A stretch of DNA of 64,000 nucleotides from Macrostomum lignano (Eukaryota): positions 70,633 through 134,632 of the forward strand of contig NIVC01002242.1 of the NCBI GenBank assembly GCA_002269645.1. The letters run 5' to 3'. Below the pieces are notes generated by a model, which saw only the letters and a program-made list of their open reading frames with translations, searched no databases and was not told the DNA's origin. This document shows, in pieces, positions 11,389-26,595 of the stretch (position 1 is its first letter; each line of letters starts with the position of its first letter). A program made the translations under genes and the position numbers.

Positions 11389-11949
11389 TCATCGGATGGT
11401 AGCCAGAGTGGCGATGGCCAGCAGGATGCCGACCCCGTGGAAGGCGAGCGCCACGCTGCAGGTGACCAGCTCAGCCGTGAGGGTGTAGCTCTGCCACAGG
11501 ATCAGGTAGATTGAGCCGATAATTGGCGGCACCGCGAAGCCGATTCCCAGCGCCAGGGACACCCGATTCTCGGCCAGATTGCCGTGCATTGACAGGCCGA
11601 TTCGGGCCAAGTCGAGGCCGCAGATGACGAACACGAGGATCACCTCAGACGCCAGGATGCCGTTGGCGAATGGCAGATTCTCTCCTTTCCAGGCGAAAAT
11701 GAGTATCTGGCAGAGGCAGAACAGCCCGACATAGTACTTGTTTAGGTACAGAATGGCTTGGAAGATCATTAGCGAGCGGACATCGCTGTTGGCCCGTTGC
11801 GCCGTAGCTGGCGCCGGTGAAGTCCCGGATGGCCCGGTCCCAGACCCTGCTGCCGCCCCCGCCGCCGGAGCGGGTGCCGCTGTGTCGGCCGGGGCTGCCG
11901 CTGCAGCCGCCGCATCGCCGGTGAGTGGAGCCTGCTCCTCGCCGCTCAT
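11389..11949 (-). CDS. TMEM216: TMEM216/TMEM80-like ciliary transition-zone membrane protein (Transmemb_17 family)
   Basis: Four TM segments. QAILYLNKYY, AWKGENLPF, HGNLAE and LWQSYTLTAE match family motifs (LFFLNGWY, YKGVLLPY, KGNLCQ, LLQTYVLRLE). Paralogue assignment uncertain. Confidence 0.8.
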   Translation of the reverse strand: MSGEEQAPLTGDAAAAAAAPADTAAPAPAAGAAAGSGTGPSGTSPAPATAQRANSDVRSLMIFQAILYLNKYYVGLFCLCQILIFAWKGENLPFANGILASEVILVFVICGLDLARIGLSMHGNLAENRVSLALGIGFAVPPIIGSIYLILWQSYTLTAELVTCSVALAFHGVGILLAIATLATIR

Positions 11950-13743
11950 GACAATTCTTTCACTGCTGCAGTGGACTGGAATTCAAAAATAAAATACATA
12001 AAATTTACTTTTATTATGACTCTGGCTGCACCAAAAATAAAATAACGCAAAAATCTCCAATCCATGCACTTTGTTTAGCAATTCGAGTTACATATAAATC
12101 TCAGTAGAGCTTATATACATTTGAAAATAGAACAAAACTTAAAGAGCTTTATCTTGTACTAATCTCTACACTACAGAATTACTGTGCTGCTTTTTTCATT
12201 AGAAGCATTGCAATATGTTAAAAACCTATACATACTAATACCATCCCTTTTAATTTTGGCTTTTGTAGTAAAACCAGCAATATACTATTTTTCGAATTTA
12301 GTACGCATTTTTATGGTATAAAAATTACTGTGAGAATTCAATCAATAATAGATGAAATTTTCTGTTTTGAGTGCTTAGATTAGCGCTAGATAAATATGTG
12401 TTCATAAAGTATATTTAGAAATCAGAACATCTGTCTAAATTTGCATGTAAAAATAGAATGAAGTATGCAGCTGGCTGTATTATAAAAATAATAACCCAAT
12501 AAATTCCTCGAAGAACCTATGAATTTTTCTTCTTAAATCCTGAATCAAACAAATATTGCCTAACTGTGTACGGTTGAACAGAAAACAAAAAATTGTTGAA
12601 TTTACTAAAATTATAGAATGACTAAAACTAATGAAAATAAAGAATTTATTCAAGTTGATTTAACTTTTATTTGCATAAAAACTAAAACTTGCGGAAGTAT
12701 TGCTTAAAAATGTGTCAAGCTCGTTAAACAATAATATAATTTTAAAAAAGTTGTTATAACGCTTAATTCCGTAGTAACACGACACCCACAAATCGGAACA
12801 AAGGAGTTTCAATTCACATGTTTTAAATTTATTTTTTGTACGGTGCGGGTTAGATAACTAGGTACGTACAATATATCATTATAAATCTCATAATATCTTT
12901 TGTTGAGAGATTTTACAGCTGCTAGGTCAATATTATTCGCTGAACCTTTTGTTCGCGAATTGGAGCTGAAGTAATGGTTGTATAGCTAAATTTGAAAATA
13001 TGAGAATATTTCTTCAGATATTTTTGTGACACTATACTAGGTAATATTATATATAATTAGTTTGTCTGGTGAATTAAAAAAAAACTCTTATGAAAATTTT
13101 ACTGCAAGATTTAGTTAAAAGAATGGTATCATATCACATGTTGATATAGACAATTGATGGATAAAAAAGTATTTTTTTAAATGTATTATTAATATTACAT
13201 TTAAAGCTTAAATTCTTTTTCCACAAAGAGCTATGTTAGCCCCCAAAACTCATTCCACCACTACTATTGAATAGTATAAAAAGTTTTATATTTCTCTAAT
13301 AGCTGTCAAATTTCCCAGAGTCTGTTTCACTTGCTAGTTTAAATTTTATTTTGTATTTTAATGTAATATATTATACATCTTAATAATACATGAAATATGG
13401 GTTGCAAATAGTATTTATTTATTTACTCTGATGAATTATATTTAATTAGTTGTTTTAGCTTTGCATTCAGATATTTCAATGCACCCATGTCAATAAATAT
13501 GCCATTTAAATAGACAAACTTATGGATTTTAATATTTTTTGTCAATCTATCATTTGATTTAATTTTTAAACTGCCAGTATGCTGTTTCCTCTATACTCTG
13601 AACATGCAGTTACCTATATGTGTTCTATATTGGAGCCAAACGCATTTTATTAAATAAAAAATAGTCATGTTAATAATGATACAGACTAGTTAGGTGACGA
13701 TGCATTAATAAAGTTCTAGCTGCTCACGCCATTAACCCACAGA

Positions 13744-13757
13744 GTTCCTATAGAGAT
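13744..13757 (-). promoter_or_regulatory. Candidate RFX X-box ATCTCTATAGGAAC, 21 bp upstream of the CDK20 ATG
   Basis: The reverse complement of GTTCCTATAGAGAT fits the relaxed X-box consensus RTHNYY-WT-RRNRAC at all 14 positions. Confidence 0.5.
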
Positions 13758-13777
13758 CCTAAATTGAATCGCCGGCA

Positions 13778-16030
13778 ATGGATCGCTACACTATACTGGG
13801 CAGGATTGGCGAGGGCGCCCACGGCATTGTGTTTAAGGCGAAGCATATTGAAAGCGGCGAGCTTGTCGCCCTAAAAAAAGTCATGCTTCGGCGCATTGAG
13901 GAGGGCATCCCAAATGCGGCGCTGCGCGAGATCAAAGCGCTGCAAGAAATCGAAGACAATCCCTACGTGGTTCGGCTGCGCGACGTCTTCTCGCACGGCG
14001 CCGGCTTCGTGCTCGCGTTCGACTTCATGTCCTCGGATTTGGCTGAGGTTATTCGCAACTGCGATAAACCGCTGGCCGAATCCCAGGTGAGAAGATATTG
14101 AGAACATGATTGCCTCCCATTTATCCCCACCAACTTCCCATATCTCCAGGTAGGGAATCTTTAATTTATCCCCACCGACTTCCCATATCTCCAAGTAGGG
14201 GATCTTTAATTTATCCCCACCGACTTCCCATATCTCCAGTAGGGGATCTTTAATTTATCCCCACCAACTTCCCATATCTCCAGGTAGGGGATCTTTAATT
14301 TATCCCCACCGACTTCCCATATCTCCAGGTAGGGGATCTTTAATTTATCCCCACCGACTTCCCATATCTCCAAGTAGGGAATCTTTAATTTATCCCCACC
14401 AACTTCCCATATCTCCAGGTAGGGGATCTTTAATTTATCCCCACCAACTTCCCATATCTCCAGGTAGGGGATCTTTAATTTATCCTCGCCGACTTCCCAT
14501 ATATCCAGGTGAAGAGCTACATGGTGATGCTGCTGAAAGGCGTCCACTTCCTGCACTCGAACCAGATCATGCACAGAGATTTGAAGCCGGCCAATTTGCT
14601 CATTTCGGCCACTGGGATGCTGAAAATTGCCGACTTCGGACTGGCCAGGGTTTTCCAGCGCCTGCAAGGCGACCGGCAGTACAGCCATCAGGTTGGTTGC
14701 TCTCGAAATAATAATCGCTCGTACGAAGTTGATTGGTTTTCGAGTACAAAGTACTTAATGTACTAATTTTATTAGTTCGTGACCACAAGCTGGGCGCGTG
14801 ATTCTAAGAATACATTCGGCTCTAATTAATGTCCAAGAACCACAAGAAGCTGCAGTTATATCAGGACGTTACAGTCTTTATTTAAAGGCCAGTGTCGCTT
14901 AAAAATTCGGCCTTCAAATATATTGTCCATTTTCTACTATAAGTACACGAGTATTATAGATACGTCCCGATACAACAGTAACTTCTTGTAGTCCTTGACA
15001 ATATCTTTGTCAAGACGACTTACTATTTACTAGTACATAGAGTGCATCAACACCTCCCCTCACGTCAATACATAGCCTGTAAAATTTTTATTTTACTCAA
15101 AATCGTCTGATCAAACTCTCAGCTTCATCCGACAGAAGAAAGTAGCCGGTCAGCCCCAACCCCCATCAGCCCCAACCCCACCAGCCCCAACCCCCACCAG
15201 CCCCAACCCCACCAGCCCCAACCCCCACCAGCCCCAACCCCACCAGCCCCAACCCCCACCAGCCCCGGCCCCCACCAGCCCCAACCAGCCCCAACCCCCA
15301 CTAGCCCCAACCCCCACCAGCCCCAACCAGCCCCAACCCCCACTAGCCCCAACCCCCACCAGCCCCAACGTCTCCGTTTTGCTCTAAATAAGTTGTATTT
15401 GGGGGATGACAGTTTGTTAAACATTTCTGGGAACTTTTAAAAATCAAAATGTACTTGAAAACGACAAGTACCACCACCCTCCCGCAGGTGGCCACCCGCT
15501 GGTACCGGGCACCGGAGCTGCTCTATTCCGCCCGTCGCTACGACGAAGGCGTCGACCTCTGGGCTGTCGGCGCCGTGTTCGGCGAAATGTTGGCCAACTC
15601 GCCGCTGTTCCCCGGCGAGAGCGACATCGAGCAGCTGTACTGCGTCACGCGGGTGCTGGGCACGCCGAGCGAGGCCAGCTGGCCTGGCATGGGCGACCTG
15701 CCGGACTACAACAAGATCAGCTTCGACCAGCTCAGCCCGGTGCCCTTCGAGGAGCTGCTGCCGGACGCCAGCCAGGCGGCCGTGGACCTGTTGAAGAAGT
15801 TCTTGGTGTACAGGTCCGACCGGCGAGTCCGGGCGGGCAAGGCGCTGCTGGATCCGTACTTTTTCACCGAGCCGCTGCCGTGCCATCACAGCGAGTTGCC
15901 GCTGCCAGCGCTGAGCAAAACTGGGCCGCTGCATCACGCGTTCGAGTACAGCACGGAGGCGCCGCTGGAGGACTCGCTGGTTGATCCGGCGCTGCTCATC
16001 GACGGAGCCGCGCTGTCGGCACTGTACTGA
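13778..16030 (+). CDS. CDK20: Cyclin-dependent kinase 20 (CCRK/LF2); exons 13778-14086, 14509-14691, 15488-16030
   Basis: [18 protein letters not shown] (human PNQALRE), [27 protein letters not shown]. Both introns are GT-AG and phase 0. Confidence 0.95.
14116..14508. repeat. 45-bp minisatellite filling CDK20 intron 1
   Basis: About 8-9 copies of CAGGTAGGGGATCTTTAATTTATCCCCACCGACTTCCCATATCTC. Confidence 0.95.
15150..15368. repeat. C-rich repeat (CCCCACCAGCCCCAA-like) in CDK20 intron 2
   Basis: Dense C4-C5 tracts, i.e. G4-G5 tracts on the minus strand. Confidence 0.9.
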
Positions 16031-16089
16031 ACAGTGTACTTAGCAGCAACTTTGTAGGTCATATTAATGGGCAGATGTGCAACCGACAG

Positions 16090-16293
16090 CTCAGCCGCAG
16101 CTATTATACGGCCGGCTGTTCAGTCCAAACACTGGGGAGTCGCCACACACACCCTCAATGGTACCCATTTAACAGCTGGGTGAACTGAAGCAATGCAGAG
16201 TTGAGTGTCTTGCTCAAGGACAAAAGTTGTTTCGAGTGGGTCGAGAATCGAACCCCCGACTTTTCAGTCGGACGCTCCAGCCACTGGCATTAG
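16090..16293 (-). mobile_element. tRNA-derived SINE with a CORE-like central domain
   Basis: The minus strand reads TAATGCCAGTGG (A-box-like), GGTTCGATTCTC (B box), then TGTCCTTGAGCAAGACACTCAAC...CTTCAGTTCACCCAGCTGTTAAATGGG, which resembles the MIR/CORE consensus as recalled. Confidence 0.75.
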
Positions 16294-17239
16294 AAAGTTT
16301 GAGAAGAGTGATTGTTCAAAGAGCGGTAAGGCTCAAAATACAACTGATTGTTGTGTTTTCTGAATGGGGTCTTGCCAAAGACAAATCTGGTCGAAAAACA
16401 CCCGCGCTAGATAAAAAACACCGGAACTTAGCTTTCTTGTCGGGTTCCGGTAGTTTTTCAAAGGAAAAACACAGAAAATCGCATCGTCTATATACTGAGT
16501 CTTTGTTCATACTTTTAATGCAGCCAATGTACTTATCTGTACTGAAATTGTTCGTTAAATTTTTTGTAGTGTCTTCTGGTTGCATTTTTGACCATGCGAT
16601 CAAGTGCATATGTAATTTATGCCTATTAGTAATTTCGAAATCAATAAAAAACGGAATCTCATATCAATTGTACATACTTGCAAGTAAATCTGGCAAAGTT
16701 ATTTTTGTTCGTTTCTTATTTGCAAGACAAGGCAGCAAGACTGGAGTAAATAGATGCAGCAGTTTCAATAGAGCAATATTAAATACAATTTTAACTGGGA
16801 ATATTTAGCCGAGCTACTAAAATATTCGTAATTGTATAAATAAGATGCATTGCAATTATGTTTAAAATGAAAAAATAAATAGAAAAGCGATACGTGATAA
16901 GCACGGACTAATTATTTAGTACACGCATGTACTTTGAAACGGAATGAAATTCCGGAGAGGTCAATAAAGTGAAAAAATGATGCATTGAATGTAACTGTAC
17001 TTACAAAAGTTCTAATGTACTTAAAATCACTAGTTTTTGCTCTCTAGTCAGAGGGACAGTAAAATTGTAAAGTTCACCGAGTACTATCAAAACGCCTACA
17101 CATATCCACCGTTTTATTCTGTCTATCTTTGACGTATTTGATTGATTAAAGAGAATCAGTGAAACGCACTCAAATGTACACCTGTCCTTATCCCTTAGCG
17201 AACAATTGTATCACTTAGCTTCAATAATTTGCTCCTTAG

Positions 17240-17480
17240 CACAGAATGTTCACAGACCCAATTCCTTACCCCTTCCCCGCGCAGAATGTACATAAGCTCT
17301 CTATTCCTTACCCCTTCCCCGCGCAGAATGTACACAAGCTCTCAATTCCTTACTCTTTCCCGCGCAGAATGTACACAAGCTCTCAATTCCTTACCCCTTT
17401 TACCACCCAGCGCAGAATGTACAAAAGCTCTCAATCCCTTACCCCCCCCCCCTCCACCAGCGCAGAATGTACGCAAAAGT
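17240..17480. repeat. About 40-bp minisatellite (GCGCAGAATGTACACAAGCTCTCAATTCCTTACCCC...)
   Basis: 5-6 direct copies. Confidence 0.85.
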
Positions 17481-17520
17481 TACACGTAAACTTCTAAACT
17501 CTCCAATGAAAGTACAATAG

Positions 17521-22698
<5,178 letters not shown>

Positions 22699-24740
22699 TG
22701 CTGTTGTCACTTAATTAAAATAAATGATAAAGCCAATATCGAAACTGCCGAATTAATTTCAATTATACTAACTGGATCTGGCTGGTCAGGGAAACCGCTC
22801 TTCAATCTATTTATAATATCTGCGCAGAGGCTGATGCCCCAGCCTTCTCCACGCTTTGACTGACTGACCGCACGTGATGACCCCGCTTCGCCCTCGCTCC
22901 GAAGCTGAGGTGGGCGCCGCTGACCCCTTTCTCTCTCCCCATCTGTCGACCCCATTGTTTAGCAAAGATTCGCGTCTCGGGTTAGGAAGATCTATTTTTA
23001 GCATCGTCAGCCCCGATGACGTCATGGAAAGGAATAGAATCGGATAAATGTGAGTGCTTTTCTCCGTCTGGCTAGGCCCTGCCTCTCGCCTCGGAAGACT
23101 CCGCCATGGGCCTCGGTGTCCCGCTAGGGTCAGGCTCGGGTCACGAGGGTAAATGGAGCTCGAGCGGCCAGACGGGGGTCTGACTAAAGAGGGCTCCCGG
23201 GATTGGTGGGGAGCAAACTGGGATTTTCCTATCCGCCCTATACTTGCAGAGAAATTGAGGGCACTGGGTTTAGGGAAGGTGGGCGAGGGCCCGGGAGGGT
23301 TGAGACGCCCTTTGGAGTAGGTGACCGCGGGCCCTGAACTCAGACTGTGGGGTCGCGCCTGGGTTTTCTAGGCGTCAGGGTCCAACCAACATCTCTACCC
23401 AACCTCTTTGGCCCACAGAACTGTTGCAGAAATCTGCAGACTCCAGCTTAGAAAAAGCAGAGTGCCAATTTTGACAACCGGGATCCAAATCCAGGATGCC
23501 AACAATTAAAGGTTGATGTGTCGTGACGCTCGCTATGACTCAGAAACCCAGGGTCACGCGGACTGATTCAAACTGTGTAAATGGTGTTAGTTGCTTGTAA
23601 CTGTGCGGTGATGTCAAATTTTATGCCTAGCATTGACTCATCGGACAACGGGGGGGGTCACCAGTCGTGTAGCTTAGAGAATTTCTGCTTTCAAGGCTTC
23701 ACAATTTGAAGAACAATGTCCATCTCACATAGGTGTGAAAGTTACAAGATTGCTCACGTCATATGTAAGCCCCTCAGTGCGCAGTTTTGCGATAAATTTT
23801 TACTTAAGAAGCGAATCAGCTACTCGTTTCAAATGAATCAGTAGTAGTATCGAGCATCAATACTGATACAACTGAAATTTATTTATTTTATTCATCATTT
23901 TATTTTTCATTTATCAATTTTGTACATTTTAACTACTGCATTTTTTATCCTAGATACAAGATTTAGAAGTATTATTCTCTCAATACTACTGAACTTACAA
24001 TTTCTGAAAGTTGATTTCGTTATAATTTTCAAGGAAGATTCCGCATGACCGCCCATATCATAGCTTCCGGGAGTCAAAGATTGATCAAATCAATTTTAAA
24101 ATGAGTCTAAACCAATTGTACACTGATTTGAGCAAAAGTATGTGTACATTGTCAGAACACTAATTTATTGTAGTGATAAATATGAAACGAAAATTTCATT
24201 GGATGTTTTACCTAAGAGAATAATATCATAACACATCAGAAAGCTTAATGACTAAGTACATAGTTAATGTCACATACTCGTATCTGGGTGGAACTGCCTG
24301 GTTACAGAGCAAGTTCATTTCAGACCCGTTGTTTTTGCCAACGAATGCTCGGAGCAGACGGTTAGCCTCCCCCCGTGACCATCTGATAATAGGTCGAGTT
24401 TGTTGATGCGATTGCAAAAGTCTAATAGCCTTAATCAGTTCCTGTTGTTCAGCATCGAAACAGCTGTTACAAGTGAGCAGAAATGCTCATTAGTGCTCTA
24501 AAACTCTATCTAGTCCTAGTCAGTCCTAGTTCAGGAACTACTCAATACTCTGTCCTAGTTGCTTGATTTTGTTTATGTATAGGAAATGCTCTGGTCCTCA
24601 GAGCAATGGCAAATTGTCTATCATATTGAGCTGAGCTGTTTTGGCTATGCATACTATCACCCAGACACAATAGCAATCAGTTTTGGCCATTATTCCACAG
24701 CTGCTACCCACAGTTTTTATAGTTAGTAGAGGCCCAAGGG

Positions 24741-25035
24741 CTGGCGCACTTTAAGCGACATTGTCACACAACTGGCGAGAGGCATTGCTGCCCATTCCGT
24801 ACGCAGTCATACGCACAGGCTGTACACACTCACACAGGAGTGTACAGCGGCCCTAACTTTATTTATCGCTAGGCATGTACACTTTGTGCCTTGGGGGGGT
24901 TGGCTCTCAAGGCCGTTAATTGCACGAGCAGAGCCAAGCCGAGATTCCAATTCAGCCCCAAATTAATGTGACTGCACTTGGAATCGAGCCTGGGCCGCTG
25001 GCACATCAGAGCGCCGCACTGGACCACTGGGCTAC
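24741..25035 (-). mobile_element. tRNA-derived SINE, copy A
   Basis: The minus-strand head has TAGCCCAGTGG (A box) and GGCTCGATTCC (B-box-like). The body matches 25218-25484 and 54307-54634. Confidence 0.8.
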
Positions 25036-25217
25036 ACCCCCCCGGTGGAAGGGAGAAATCCGCATGTAAGATGCACTTGTTGAGCCGATTTGAACATTGT
25101 AAGAAACAATTTACCATTTCCACACATGGCAAAAGCTGAGGGGTGGTCAGGTGGATAAAAATAGACATGCAAAAGCAGTCACGCGATGAACTTTGTACAT
25201 GGGGGTTAACTGTACAT

Positions 25218-25484
25218 TAGCCCAGTGGTCTAGCGCGCAGCGGCCCAGGCTCGATTCCAAATGCAGTCACATTAATTTTGGGGCTAAATTGGAATCTCGG
25301 ATCGGCTCTGCTCTTGTAATTAACACCAACCCCAAAGGCACAAGGAAGTGTACATGTCTAACGATAAATAAAGTTAGGGCCGCTGTACACTCCCGTGCGA
25401 GTGTGTACCTGCTCCGGGGAGTCGGTGGAATGGGCAGCAATGCCTCTCGCCGGATGTGTGACAATGTCGCTTAAAGTGCGCCAG
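25218..25484 (+). mobile_element. tRNA-derived SINE, copy B (inverted relative to copy A)
   Basis: TAGCCCAGTGG...GGCTCGATTCC...CACATTAATTTTGGGGCT...GCCGCTGTACACTCC...GACAATGTCGCTTAAAGTGCGCC. Confidence 0.8.
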
Positions 25485-26595
25485 GGTGCACACAGCCCCC
25501 CTGCCTTTAACTAAAAAAACTGCACATTGGGAGCAACTGTAAAACAATTGTCGGAACTAATTGCTATTGACGTCGCGTGTCGAAAAGCCAGGTGTAAGCA
25601 AACAAATGATGTAAGCAGAACAGAGTACAATGAGCAACCTGCGACATCAAAATTAAGATCCGCGGTAGTTATTGGTACATTGGTGCATTGTATGCAATAT
25701 TTATACTTTTACCCAGCACCATGTCATTATTCCACACTTTTTGCCGCCATTATTCAACACTTTGGCTCTTGCGATTGGCTGTTTTGCGATTTAGTTTACC
25801 ATAGACGAAACACACGAGCGCTATACGAGGTCTACCGTATACTTAGATGGGCCATAGACAAAATTTCCCCAAAGCTGTCTTTGATTATCTCATGCGGTTC
25901 TCAAAAATTAAAACTCCCTCTCTACAAAGCAACTATGGTTGCATGCGCTTATTAATGCAAACATCTTCCCGCGGACTCGCTAAACGGAGTCAAGATGGAC
26001 GAGTTGCAACTGCTGTCTGAGCTCAGTTCAACGGACCACCACGATGACCAGGCCTGGCGGGATTTCATTGATTGGATTGAGAACGACCACGGAACTGAAG
26101 AACTGCCGGACCTGCCGGAAGTGAGTGGCTTCATTGAGCAGATGGGTACTGCCGCTTTGAGAACTGCAGCTTTATTTCGGGGCGATAAGTAAACACTCGC
26201 TGTAAAATGTTGACTATACAAACTGATGAAGTGTGTTGCAAAAGTTAAGCTTAAATCTTTTTTCATGCAATTTGGCGTTTTCAACATTGCATTTGTTCAA
26301 TATCAACTAATATGTATATAATATTTCAAGCAAGCCTCTACTGTCAAATGGTTCACGGGCTTATCTGTTAAAATACACTTAATAACGGCTACGTTATTTC
26401 AAATCCTTATGTCTATGGCCTAGAACCTGAAAAGTGTGGAATAATGGCCAAAAGATTTTGTTATTGCGTCTGGGTATAAGTATAATTACAATGACCCATA
26501 GACAAGACTATAGAAGAAAACCTCTAATATAGGCATATCAAGTCTGCTAAGATGAGACTATATCGATCCACAAGAGACATTACCAAGTAGAGCCG

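Noticed and set aside
16227-16808. 193-aa + strand ORF and 97-aa - strand ORF downstream of CDK20
   Set aside because: The + ORF has a non-ATG start inside a SINE. Both are AT-rich with no motifs or convincing splice sites.
22800-23700. GC-rich non-coding block with a GTGATGA...CTGA pair suggesting a C/D snoRNA
   Set aside because: The boxes are only about 30 nt apart with no clear terminal stem. The block may be promoter or old transposon sequence, but I cannot support a call.
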